The position numbers and the translations under genes are program-made. The notes under the pieces are model-generated. The model searched no databases. It had not been told where the DNA came from and saw only the letters and a list, made by a program, of their open reading frames with translations. A stretch of DNA of 52,518 nucleotides from an uncultured Methanosarcinales archaeon. GTDB taxonomy: Archaea; Nanobdellota; Nanobdellia; Woesearchaeales; CAZYIM01. The stretch lies in the NCBI GenBank assembly GCA_964647565.1, contig CAZYIM010000018.1:1-52518 (forward strand), given 5' to 3'. Position 1 is the stretch's first letter, and each line of letters starts with the position of its first letter. This document shows positions 10,665 to 19,565 of the stretch, piece after piece.

Positions 10665-11186
10665 GTGAGGTTGAAAAGACTATATCAAAAGGTTTTGCCA
10701 ATAACCTTGTGTTCTTTTTTATTGGCAGCTCCTGTTCTGGTCAATATGGCCTGTTCCAGGGATAAGACTATCAATTCGCCTCAATATGATCCACAACAAT
10801 ACAATACAGTGGTCTATACTGGCCAATTGGTGCAGATCAATCCAAACAAAAGTTTCTATGCTATCACTCTTAAGAGTGATAGTGGTTCTATGACCCTTGA
10901 AAGGACTGTAAAAAGCAGCGCTGTAACTCTTGAGGAAAAGCTGATAGGCACGTGGATGGGCGGCATGGGCACAGACGACTATCCATCAAGCCATATAGAG
11001 ACCTGGAAACTGGAACTGTTGGAAAACAGAAATGCAGTATATTCAGAAGAGATTGGCCACGAAGAGTTTGAAGGCGGGGTGCAAGGCAACCCTACCATCT
11101 ATGTGATTGATGAGAACAAAGGTCCTTATCGGGGCACATGGAATCCCATTGAGCCGGACAGTGTTAAAGTAAAGTTGCATTTCTGA
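10665..11186 (+). CDS. Putative lipoprotein / exported protein
   Basis: Basic N-terminus, hydrophobic stretch, lipobox-like VNMAC. Confidence 0.55.
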   Translation: MRLKRLYQKVLPITLCSFLLAAPVLVNMACSRDKTINSPQYDPQQYNTVVYTGQLVQINPNKSFYAITLKSDSGSMTLERTVKSSAVTLEEKLIGTWMGGMGTDDYPSSHIETWKLELLENRNAVYSEEIGHEEFEGGVQGNPTIYVIDENKGPYRGTWNPIEPDSVKVKLHF

Positions 11187-11211
11187 GATAGTGTTGTGAA
11201 GCTTTAAATAA

Positions 11212-12423
11212 TCAATATTCCATACCCACACTCTCAGATGATTTTTCCAAAGAAGGTTGTGGGCTCTTTTCTTCATACCAATAAGGATCGTTTTCCTTCA
11301 CATTGTAGATGATCAGGTCGCCTGTAGAAGAAGCTGCCTTTGAAGAGTGCAGTCTGAGCATGACTTCGTACTTGTTGGCAGGATTTACGCCCAGGATTTC
11401 CATCTTGCCTAGCTGTGTCGACATGGCATATCTTGGCTTATGAAGACCTGTCATCATCTGTGTCAATTGATTGAAGATATCAATCCCTTGCTTCAGTGTG
11501 AGTTGCATATCCTTTGATCCAATCACCGGCCTGCACTGGAATAAATAATAGGGCCGAACACCGTACTTGGCCATTTTCTCAAACAGTTGGTATAACACCA
11601 GCGGATCGTCATTTATGCCCTTGAGCAGGACAGTCTGGTTGTAGAGTTCGATTGAGTATTTTCGCATAAGCTTAAGAGAGGCTATGCATTCAGCAGTCAT
11701 TTCCCTGGGATGCTCAAAATGCACACAGACATGTACACTCTTGCCAGTCTTTTTCTGGAAATCAAAAAGTATCTTACACAATGCCCTATCAATCCTGTGA
11801 GGATAGAACGCATGTATTTTCGATCCAAACCTCACAGTCCTTATATGTTTCAATTCAGGGTGGTCAAGCTCATCCAGGATAAGTTGAATCGACTTATTGT
11901 CAAGCATAAATGAATCTCCACCAGAAAGCAGGATCGTATTTATCTCCTTGTGGACTTTTAAGTAGGTGAGGGCTTTATCGTTCGGAAAAGTCTTATCATT
12001 TTCACTTGAACATCCATTGATGAATAATCTTTTCCTGAAACACTCCCTGCATAAGCTTGCACAGATATTACTGACAAGAGCAAGAGCTGTTGGACCGTAT
12101 TTATGCTGCAGGCCAGGCGCCTTCCAGTTGGTGTGCTCGCCGCTTGTATCCAAAGAGCCTGCATCTTCAGAATCCATCTCATCGTAGGTCTCGAGCTCTT
12201 TTTTTGTTGGTATAATCAGGGCTCTTATAGGATCGTTTAAATCTTCTGGATCTATCAAATCAGCATAATAGGAATTAGTAAGAATAGGGAAAGGTATGCC
12301 TCTGGCATTTTTATAGGCTGCAAGCTCATTAGTGCCCACAATTCTTCTTGATTCCAGTTGCTCAAGTGATGTAATCGAGCCTTTAAGTTTTACATATCTC
12401 GGCATATATTGCGTATTATTCAT
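11212..12423 (-). CDS. KamA-family radical SAM aminomutase (lysine 2,3-aminomutase-like)
   Basis: GLQHKY, CASLCRECFRK (CxxxCxxC), LLSGGD, HFEHPRE, NQTVLLKGIND, PYYLFQ, and GK at the PLP-lysine position. Confidence 0.9.
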   Translation of the reverse strand: MNNTQYMPRYVKLKGSITSLEQLESRRIVGTNELAAYKNARGIPFPILTNSYYADLIDPEDLNDPIRALIIPTKKELETYDEMDSEDAGSLDTSGEHTNWKAPGLQHKYGPTALALVSNICASLCRECFRKRLFINGCSSENDKTFPNDKALTYLKVHKEINTILLSGGDSFMLDNKSIQLILDELDHPELKHIRTVRFGSKIHAFYPHRIDRALCKILFDFQKKTGKSVHVCVHFEHPREMTAECIASLKLMRKYSIELYNQTVLLKGINDDPLVLYQLFEKMAKYGVRPYYLFQCRPVIGSKDMQLTLKQGIDIFNQLTQMMTGLHKPRYAMSTQLGKMEILGVNPANKYEVMLRLHSSKAASSTGDLIIYNVKENDPYWYEEKSPQPSLEKSSESVGMEY

Positions 12424-12426
12424 ATA

Positions 12427-12447
12427 ATTCCCCTTTTAAAGGAGAAT
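12427..12447. promoter_or_regulatory. Inverted repeat over the KamA ribosome-binding region
   Basis: ATTCCCCTTT-T-AAAGGAGAAT, arms match 9/10; contains AGGGGA on the minus strand a few nt before the ATG. Confidence 0.45.
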
Positions 12448-12530
12448 CAACTGACTTTTAAAAGAGTTTAGGTCATTATTTTTTAAAAAAGTCGGAAAAT
12501 ATTTAAATATAGTTCATATTTACATAATAA

Positions 12531-13523
12531 ATGGAGAAAAAATTTAAAAAAATCAATTTTGTAAACCTGGATAAACTTGATAAAAAAATCATAACCATAT
12601 TGGATCGTAATTCTAGATTGTCTGACACCAAGATAGGAAAGATCATCAGAAAAAGCCCTCAATTTGTCAGATATAGAATAAACCAACTGCTGAAAAATCA
12701 GGTTATCATAGGCAACAATGCAGTTATTGATTATTCCAAACTGGGCCTGAAAAAGTACAGGATCTATATCAAGCTCCAGAATGTATATCCTGCCATGGTC
12801 AAAGAGATAGCCAATTATTTTGCAGAGCAGGCAGCATCCAACTGGGTAACTGAGTTTTCAGGGTACTGGGACATAGGAGTTACTCTGCTGCTGCCAATAA
12901 CCAACGAATTCGCAGCCATCTGGCAGGATTTCAGACAAAAGTATAAGATCTTCATCCACAACTACAAAATGTCAATAGTCTATGAATATAACTTGTTCCC
13001 AAAACAGTTTCTTGATGTGGAAAAGCATGAAAAGATACCTATGACAATAAGCCAGTCAGAAGAAATCTTCAGGTTATCTGCCAAAGACAAACTGATACTC
13101 TATATTCTCAGCAAGAACGCAAGGATACATCTTATCGACATTGCAAGAGCAGTCAATATGACCTCAACAGGAGTAGCAGCGAGGATAAAGAACCTTGAAG
13201 AAAAGGGCATAATAATAGGATACAGGACCAATATAAGCTACAGACGCATCGGTTATGTGCTCTATCGGGTTGACATCATACTTGCTAACATGGACATAAA
13301 AGCCGAGCTGATTGCTTTCCTGGTTCAGATGAAATGTGTTTTTGAGACCCAAAGAACCTTTAATGGTGCAGATTTCGAGTTTGAGATCATCGTCAGCGGC
13401 GAGGCTTCGCTCAGGCGAATGATGAATAGGACACTCAGCCGATTCAAGGGGCAGATAAAGACTTTCCAGGCATACAGGGTAGTCAAGTTCTATAAATCAC
13501 AGTTCATGGTGGATTTGGTGTGA
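12531..13523 (+). CDS. Lrp/AsnC family regulator with two tandem HTH+RAM units
   Basis: LDKLDKKIITILDRNSR...YRINQL and second unit KDKLILYILSKNAR...ARIKNLEEKGII; divergent from KamA. Confidence 0.85.
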   Translation: MEKKFKKINFVNLDKLDKKIITILDRNSRLSDTKIGKIIRKSPQFVRYRINQLLKNQVIIGNNAVIDYSKLGLKKYRIYIKLQNVYPAMVKEIANYFAEQAASNWVTEFSGYWDIGVTLLLPITNEFAAIWQDFRQKYKIFIHNYKMSIVYEYNLFPKQFLDVEKHEKIPMTISQSEEIFRLSAKDKLILYILSKNARIHLIDIARAVNMTSTGVAARIKNLEEKGIIIGYRTNISYRRIGYVLYRVDIILANMDIKAELIAFLVQMKCVFETQRTFNGADFEFEIIVSGEASLRRMMNRTLSRFKGQIKTFQAYRVVKFYKSQFMVDLV

Positions 13524-13565
13524 TACTGATTAGTTGAAGTTTTATCGGAGAAATTGCGAGAAGAA

Positions 13566-14624
13566 TCAAATATCAGGAATAAATATATTCTTCACATAAT
13601 AACCTATGCCTTTTTCAGGCATCAGCATAGGGATGATGTATTGTTGCCATTCTTTTTCAGGTATCCAATCCCCTAATGTGCCATCCTCATGCCTGATATT
13701 GAAGTCATAGACCAAGCCCTGGTCATAAGCAATCCAATGAGTATGTGAATAGGCCTGGCTCCAGCCTGTCCAGCCATCGTGTTTGCCACGTGGACCCTTG
13801 AACTGTATGAAACCCAATCCCGCAGGTATATCACAAAAGGCCTTGCTGGGCAGCAGAGGTTCATCCTTGATCTTGATATTCTCGTGAGGCGCTCCAAAGG
13901 CTTCAAAGAGCTCTTGCATCGGAGTCAGTGAGATATAGTTTTTTTCCCGCCAGGTATGTGCCTTTTTAATCACCTCTGTGCAAGATAGATCCATGTAGGC
14001 AGCAAATGAACTAGGTCCACAGTTAGCCAAGGTCTGAAGAACATCATCTGGAAGGCCTCTTCCTTCAGGTATTCCTTTTAGTCTTTCTTCAATCTCCAAT
14101 TCATCTCTGTTCGGCACAAAATCAGGGCCCGCATAATACAGCTCATTATTGATAGGGCTAAAACCAAAACAGATGAAATAACCTCTATTTATATCATTAA
14201 GATTTGCCTGAAGCCGGATCGTGTTCCATGGCAGCCTTATATAATATAGGGAGAACTCATCTCTCATGGTTGGGTTACCTGGTAATTCAAAGGCATCTCC
14301 GTCATTGAACAATCCATATGGATCAGATTGTTTCTTATATTGAAGGCTGTTCACTTCCTTTTTGATATCTTGTTCCAATGACTTGTTTTTGGGTTCTTCT
14401 TCTAGTTTTTTCATCCTTACATTCAACCGCCGAAGAGTATCAGAAGCCACTAAAAGATCTGGATTTCGAATCCACTCAGATTTTTCAATCCGATGACAGA
14501 AATAAAGAATTCTTGGCTCAGAACCAGAAAGAAACTGATCCAGGTATGAAAAATCAGGGAAGCTCTGCCTCATATAGCCCAATTCAGAACCATCTAATGA
14601 TATCTCGAAGTTTGCCACCTGCAT
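13566..14624 (-). CDS. Hypothetical protein with C-terminal papain-like (C39-like) peptidase domain
   Basis: ANCGPSSFA ... THWIAY ... VYDFN gives a Cys-His-Asp order. Confidence 0.55.
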   Translation of the reverse strand: MQVANFEISLDGSELGYMRQSFPDFSYLDQFLSGSEPRILYFCHRIEKSEWIRNPDLLVASDTLRRLNVRMKKLEEEPKNKSLEQDIKKEVNSLQYKKQSDPYGLFNDGDAFELPGNPTMRDEFSLYYIRLPWNTIRLQANLNDINRGYFICFGFSPINNELYYAGPDFVPNRDELEIEERLKGIPEGRGLPDDVLQTLANCGPSSFAAYMDLSCTEVIKKAHTWREKNYISLTPMQELFEAFGAPHENIKIKDEPLLPSKAFCDIPAGLGFIQFKGPRGKHDGWTGWSQAYSHTHWIAYDQGLVYDFNIRHEDGTLGDWIPEKEWQQYIIPMLMPEKGIGYYVKNIFIPDI

Positions 14625-14688
14625 ACTAGCAGGAAAATATAACAGATATAAAAAGGTTTATCCGATTTTCTTTTAGAAAGCTTTAAAT

Positions 14689-14718
14689 AATACCATGTAT
14701 TACAATAGAATACTATGG
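14689..14718 (+). promoter_or_regulatory. Probable RHH operator: three TACNAT cores at 10-bp spacing
   Basis: TACCATG 14691, TACAATA 14701, TACTATG 14711, from just after the TATA box into the start codon. Confidence 0.5.
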
Positions 14719-14981
14719 ATGTTGTGACTGTCAAGTTCAAGGAAGATGTATTGAAAAAAGTCGATAAGAGCATCAGCGAGCATAACTTCAACTCAAGGAC
14801 TGAATTTATTCGGGAAGCTGTCAGGGACAAATTGGCTTCTTTGTCCCGGAACGACTTGATCAAAGAATTTCTTAAGTTTCAGGGTAAAGCCAAGAAGAAA
14901 ACCACCTATGCAGAAAACAGGAAGGTGCGTGAAGCAGTCAGTAAGGAACTGATGGCAAAATTGGATGAAAAGTTCAGTTGA
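14715..14981 (+). CDS. Ribbon-helix-helix (CopG-like) protein, probable antitoxin
   Basis: VVTVKF...LKKVD...NFNSRTEFIREAVRDKL. Confidence 0.85.
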   Translation: MDVVTVKFKEDVLKKVDKSISEHNFNSRTEFIREAVRDKLASLSRNDLIKEFLKFQGKAKKKTTYAENRKVREAVSKELMAKLDEKFS

Positions 14982-15393
14982 TACGTTCAGGCCTCACAGT
15001 TTTAGTAATGTCAGCGAGATCTTTGATTAAATGTTTATCTTGCGAGATTAGAATGGCTTTGTTGTTTCTGGCCTGGATTGCGTTCATGCAATCGACATAA
15101 GGAAGTTTTCTTTTTTTCGTTAGGTGTTTCGCTTCCAGATGTTCTTCCTTTGATATCTCTACTCTTATCAAAGAGCCAGTAATATATAATAGGTTCAACA
15201 TATCGTATATTTCATCTTTTTGATAATCTTTTTCTAGTTCCAAGATTAGTGATTGTGAAAATAATATCTTATCCTTGTTTTTAATGATCTTCAAAAACAG
15301 TTTGGCAGCTGCTTTGCCCAAATGTTTTCCTTTCTTACTGAACCGGTTCTCATAGAAATCCCTCCAGATGCAGGTGTCAAGATAATACTTCAT
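14974..15393 (-). CDS. PIN-domain (VapC-like) toxin
   Basis: YYLDTCIW, ILELE, PYVDCMNA, LISQDKHL. Confidence 0.85.
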   Translation of the reverse strand: MKYYLDTCIWRDFYENRFSKKGKHLGKAAAKLFLKIIKNKDKILFSQSLILELEKDYQKDEIYDMLNLLYITGSLIRVEISKEEHLEAKHLTKKRKLPYVDCMNAIQARNNKAILISQDKHLIKDLADITKTVRPERIN

Positions 15394-15489
15394 TTATAGT
15401 TAGTTGATGGATTGTTTAATATAGCTTATTGAGAAATTATTGAAGGATTTTCGAAGGGTTTAAATAATGCTATTGATTCTCTTTTTTTC

Positions 15490-15756
15490 ATGAAACTCGG
15501 GGCTGAGGATTCAATAAAATTAAAGGAGCTTGGTGAGCAGGCGTCAGATCTGTTGGTGGACATCATAGATGAAGAGCTGCCTGATTCTAAGGAACCTACT
15601 AAACTGGATGCAAAGTTTAACCAGGTCTTGACGCAGATATACCAAATCTGCCCATTGCTTTCTGATTCTTACAAGCTGATGTACAACCATGTCCAGATGG
15701 AAAAGAAAGAGGCTGGGCATACTTATGTAAAACAGCTGAAGCTAGGGGAGAAGTAG
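15490..15756 (+). CDS. Hypothetical protein
   Basis: 88-aa ORF after a BRE/TATA element (GAAGGGTTTAAATA). Confidence 0.6.
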   Translation: MKLGAEDSIKLKELGEQASDLLVDIIDEELPDSKEPTKLDAKFNQVLTQIYQICPLLSDSYKLMYNHVQMEKKEAGHTYVKQLKLGEK

Positions 15757-15836
15757 TAAGTTTTTCCGGTTTTTTCTTGTGAAGTCATTTAAAGCAGTTA
15801 TTTCTTTGTTAAGTTTTAGAAAAATTTAAATAAGAT

Positions 15837-15859
15837 GACGTATGTTCTTGACATACGTC
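15837..15859. promoter_or_regulatory. Perfect 9-bp inverted repeat, probable operator
   Basis: GACGTATGT-N5-ACATACGTC directly after the TATA box, upstream of the 15874 gene pair. Confidence 0.65.
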
Positions 15860-15873
15860 TCTGGAGTATGTAA

Positions 15874-16167
15874 ATGTTCGATGTGAGATTCAGAGGCAAA
15901 TTGCTGACGCTTTCAAAAGAAGTATCTGAAGAATTGATGAATTTTGGAGCAGATATTGAAAATTGCAAAGAAATACTAGAAACTGGATACGAGCCCAGAA
16001 AGCGGCGCAGAGGAAAGATTGAGAGATGGATGGACAAAGGCAACAAGACATTTAATGTTGTCATAGTTGAAGGATATGATGAAATCCTTAAAGAAGAGTG
16101 TTGGGTTATCATCCATTTCGGAAGACTCACAAAATTTTGGAAAAGGGACCAAAATGGAATGCTATAA
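15874..16167 (+). CDS. Putative toxin (DUF4258/BrnT-like RNase fold)
   Basis: Small ORF overlapping a Zn-finger/AbrB gene; EILETG...VVIVE...WVIIHFG pattern. Confidence 0.5.
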   Translation: MFDVRFRGKLLTLSKEVSEELMNFGADIENCKEILETGYEPRKRRRGKIERWMDKGNKTFNVVIVEGYDEILKEECWVIIHFGRLTKFWKRDQNGML

Positions 16168-16459
16168 ATGCAAAGTACAGACAAAATATCAAAAGAATCT
16201 TAAGTTCAATGGCTTTAAGGTGGAGGGCTGGAAATGTCCCAAATGCAGGGAAGAGTACTATCCGCCTGAGCAAGTTGAACCGATACTGCTATTGAACAAG
16301 CTTTTGATGAAGAAGTACAACCTGAAGCTGAGCCAGGTAAAGAGCAATCTGATCATAAGGATACCTAAGAAAATAAGTGACGTGATGAAATTGCAGAAAG
16401 GCGATGAGGTTGAGCTTCGGTTGAAGAATGAGAAAGAGATAGTTGTTGGGAAGATTTAG
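16154..16459 (+). CDS. Zinc-finger (YgiT/MqsA-like) fused to AbrB/MazE DNA-binding domain, probable antitoxin
   Basis: CYKC...KCPKCREEYY followed by SNLIIRIPKKISDVMKLQKGDEVEL; start moved to ATG 16154. Confidence 0.75.
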   Translation: MECYKCKVQTKYQKNLKFNGFKVEGWKCPKCREEYYPPEQVEPILLLNKLLMKKYNLKLSQVKSNLIIRIPKKISDVMKLQKGDEVELRLKNEKEIVVGKI

Positions 16460-16533
16460 TTTTCTTCACTATTTAATAGCAATGTTTTTATATTCTAGTA
16501 TATTCCTGAAATGAACTTACGGAGGCAAACCAA

Positions 16534-17187
16534 ATGACATTCGAAAACCTATTAGAAAAGCTAGGAATCGCTAAAACATATAGAAAGTCTGCTCAGGAAG
16601 AAGAAAGAGTACTGAATGAACAGCATCTAAAAGCTTGTAAAGCATATGAAGAGCTGAACTCGTTTTTCAATATAGAACTTGGAGAGGAGACACCTTCAGA
16701 AGACTCTCCAGAGAAACTAGGAAAGATCCTGGAGGGTATGAAGGATATAACTAAATACGTTGAATACAAAAAAAATGATCTTGAAGGTTTGGCTAAAAAA
16801 GCAGAAGAAAAGGTGACAAAGCATTATACTGTCTTGGGTGAAAAAGGTGGACTCTCGCTAAAGAAAGGTTTTAAGCTGCTCCAAAAATATTTTGGCGAAC
16901 CAAGAGTGCAGGAAGCCCAATATCCAGCTTCACCAGCAGTTTTTTCTGAACTTGAGATATTGCAAGCTTCGCTTGAGCATGATAAATGGAACATGGGTTC
17001 AGAAGGCTTGGTCATTATGGCCGGGCAATCAGCATTCTTGAAAAGAGAGGATGATATGGTAAGGGTGGCTATATACAAACCATTTGATTGTGAAAAAGGC
17101 GTATCATCAGTCTGGATGTATGAATATAATGAGAAGAATCTCATGAATGCTGAAAAAAAGCCTGAACTACACAAAGAAACTAAATAA
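16534..17187 (+). CDS. Hypothetical protein
   Basis: 217-aa ORF with GGAGG ribosome-binding site. Confidence 0.65.
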   Translation: MTFENLLEKLGIAKTYRKSAQEEERVLNEQHLKACKAYEELNSFFNIELGEETPSEDSPEKLGKILEGMKDITKYVEYKKNDLEGLAKKAEEKVTKHYTVLGEKGGLSLKKGFKLLQKYFGEPRVQEAQYPASPAVFSELEILQASLEHDKWNMGSEGLVIMAGQSAFLKREDDMVRVAIYKPFDCEKGVSSVWMYEYNEKNLMNAEKKPELHKETK

Positions 17188-17209
17188 AAAACTAAATTCC
17201 TGTTTCCTT

Positions 17210-17581
17210 ATGAAAAACATCTATGTATCACACTCAAGAGGGTATGATTTTGTGAATGAGCTCTATAGGCCGTTACGGGAGAGTGCTTTGAACGACTCGC
17301 ATAAGATTATATTGCCTCACGAAACAAGTGAAGAATTATTTAGTTCTAAAGAATTCTTCAAGAACAAATGTGATGCGCTTGTGGTTGAGGCAAGCTATCC
17401 TAAACTTGGTGTTGGAATAGAAGTGGGCTGGGCAGATGCATTTGATGTTCCGATTATTACCATGTACAAGCAAGGCTTTAAGCTTTCAAAGTCTATTGCG
17501 CCAATGGGCAAGGTCACCTTCGACTATAGTTCTAAAGAAGATATGATCTCCCAATTGGGAAAAGCCTTAGAGAAGATTTAA
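17210..17581 (+). CDS. Nucleoside 2-deoxyribosyltransferase-like protein
   Basis: IYVSHS, CDALVVEASYP, GVGIEVGWA; start placed at ATG 17210. Confidence 0.75.
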   Translation: MKNIYVSHSRGYDFVNELYRPLRESALNDSHKIILPHETSEELFSSKEFFKNKCDALVVEASYPKLGVGIEVGWADAFDVPIITMYKQGFKLSKSIAPMGKVTFDYSSKEDMISQLGKALEKI

Positions 17582-17606
17582 ATAATTCAGATTATTAATC
17601 CTTTCT

Positions 17607-17981
17607 ATGATTGTCAAGACTTCTAAGATAGATGGCAAGGGTGTTTTTGCTGACAAGGATTACAAGAAGGGCGAGGTTGTTATTCGATGGGATCTGGCTC
17701 ATGTTCTGAGTGAGAAAGAGGCTCAAAAGGTTCCGGATGGAAAGAAAAAATATGTCATCTCTTTTAAGGGCAAGTTTCTGTTCCTACAGCCACCTGAAAG
17801 ATATCTCAACCACTGCTGCGAAGCCAATACAACTATTGTTGATTTCTGCGATGTTGCTAAAAAGGACATAAAGAAAGGGGAAGAGATCACAGCAGACTAT
17901 TCAGAGAATATCCTGGAAGGAATAAAGATAAAATGCAAGTGTGAAAATAAGAATTGCAGGGGATGGATAGAACGGCGTTAG
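17607..17981 (+). CDS. SET-domain protein
   Basis: SKIDGKGVFA, RYLNHCCEAN, DIKKGEEITADY, post-SET CxC-x4-CRG. Confidence 0.9.
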   Translation: MIVKTSKIDGKGVFADKDYKKGEVVIRWDLAHVLSEKEAQKVPDGKKKYVISFKGKFLFLQPPERYLNHCCEANTTIVDFCDVAKKDIKKGEEITADYSENILEGIKIKCKCENKNCRGWIERR

Positions 17982-18481
17982 AATTCCCCGAACACTCTCT
18001 TGTTGTCTATTTTTTTCATGTTCAGAAGGACTTTCTTGTCTGGATTGATATGTGCAACTACAACTTCACCCACGAATATATAGTGGTCTCCGGTTTCTAT
18101 TTCCTGCGTTAATTCGCACTCCATGTTAATAGTCGCGTCTTTGAGCAGAGGTGTTTTGGTCTTTGAAGCTTTCATAGTTTCTATATTAGTTTCTTTGAAC
18201 TTGTCCACTTCATTGCCGTGATGAGAACCAAAGAAAAGTAATGGTTGTTCTAATGATTTATTTGGTACTGCAACCACAAACTCTTTTGATTGCTTTATTA
18301 GTTTCTGGGTGTTGCCTTTTTTTGACAGGGCAACTGCAAACAAAGGCGGATTAGAAGAGCACTTCATGTTCCAGCCCGCTATCATTCCAGAAGGCTTGTT
18401 GTTTTCATCTATTGAGAGCACAAATACACAAGATTCTGGCTTGAACTTGTTGAAGGCTTCTGAAGCAGAGATTTGAATCAT
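17978..18481 (-). CDS. Flavin reductase family protein (flavoredoxin-like)
   Basis: PPLFAVA, SKEFVVAVP, GSHHG.EVDKF, MECEL, GDHYIFVGEV; start placed at MIQIS. Confidence 0.9.
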   Translation of the reverse strand: MIQISASEAFNKFKPESCVFVLSIDENNKPSGMIAGWNMKCSSNPPLFAVALSKKGNTQKLIKQSKEFVVAVPNKSLEQPLLFFGSHHGNEVDKFKETNIETMKASKTKTPLLKDATINMECELTQEIETGDHYIFVGEVVVAHINPDKKVLLNMKKIDNKRVFGEF

Positions 18482-18515
18482 GATTATAGAGAGAAGACAG
18501 GGTTTAAAAATTTTA

Positions 18516-19115
18516 TTAGAAATCAACTTCAATCAATACTTTCCTGCAGGTGCAGTAATTTCCAAATTGGCAAAGAGCTATCTTTTTGGCTGTGAAATCA
18601 GTTGTTGACTGGAATTTATCTGTTTCTCCAAAGCCAATTGTCATGTGCGGGTGAAAAGAACTTGGATTGTCGTATTTCTTTTGGTAGTTCTTTATCCAGT
18701 AAAGAGTCACTTCTTCAACTTCTTCTGGATTGAAGAGCATATCTATTTCTGGATTGAAGCTCAGATATGGCTTTAGCCTTTTCATTATGGTCTCATGCAG
18801 GCTTTGCAAATCATCGTTGTTGGTTATTGGCAGGTAAGAGACTATCTTGCCAGTAGGTATGGTTTCCCTGGAAAGTTTACCTGCAGTCAGGTTGATTGGT
18901 TTTAAGTCTTTTGCAATGTCTTTAAGGATTTGTTCTATTTCACCCAGCTTGTTCTCATCAATGACACCCATTGCCAAAGAGATGTGCGGAAGACAGATTT
19001 CCTTGTTCAGTATGATCTTGTTTTCAGATGATTTCAGTAGAAATTGGTTTATTTCAATGGCCTTTTCTGTTAAAGATTCTGGAGGCAGAAGTACTACATC
19101 AATTGCTATTGGCAT
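18516..19115 (-). CDS. 2H phosphoesterase (2'-5' RNA ligase superfamily)
   Basis: Two HxT/S motifs: PHISL and PHMTI. Confidence 0.85.
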   Translation of the reverse strand: MPIAIDVVLLPPESLTEKAIEINQFLLKSSENKIILNKEICLPHISLAMGVIDENKLGEIEQILKDIAKDLKPINLTAGKLSRETIPTGKIVSYLPITNNDDLQSLHETIMKRLKPYLSFNPEIDMLFNPEEVEEVTLYWIKNYQKKYDNPSSFHPHMTIGFGETDKFQSTTDFTAKKIALCQFGNYCTCRKVLIEVDF

Positions 19116-19190
19116 AGATGATGGTTATTATGGATGTTTAAAAAGATTGTGGGAAAAAGATTTATATTGTTATAAAGACTCCCTTCTTCC

Positions 19191-19565
19191 ATGTATCAAA
19201 GAACTAGAAGTACCAGTTTTTCAGTTGCCCTGCCGACCTTGGCCAGATTGAAGGATGTTTCAGATCTGGCTATGAAGGATGGTAAGCTGGATCTTCGAAG
19301 GATTCTTGGCGAGAGTACACAAGAGATCAGGGGCCTGGAAAACATGTGCTGCAATTCTATCCTGCATCCTGAGAAGCTGTTCAGGAAGGTGAATGGAGAA
19401 GGGTTGATGCTCTGTTCGTTTGGACTGATAAAGGATGTCTATGTTGAAGATAGCATGGTCTGTCTTATGTTAAAGGATAAGGGTTATGATCCCAGGCACT
19501 GCTATGTCTGTAATGTGCCTGAAGAGTATAGAGATGGGAAGGTTTATGAGTTTGTTAAAGAGTGA
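19191..19565 (+). CDS. Hypothetical protein
   Basis: 124-aa ORF after a BRE/TATA element (GAAAAAGATTTATA). Confidence 0.55.
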   Translation: MYQRTRSTSFSVALPTLARLKDVSDLAMKDGKLDLRRILGESTQEIRGLENMCCNSILHPEKLFRKVNGEGLMLCSFGLIKDVYVEDSMVCLMLKDKGYDPRHCYVCNVPEEYRDGKVYEFVKE

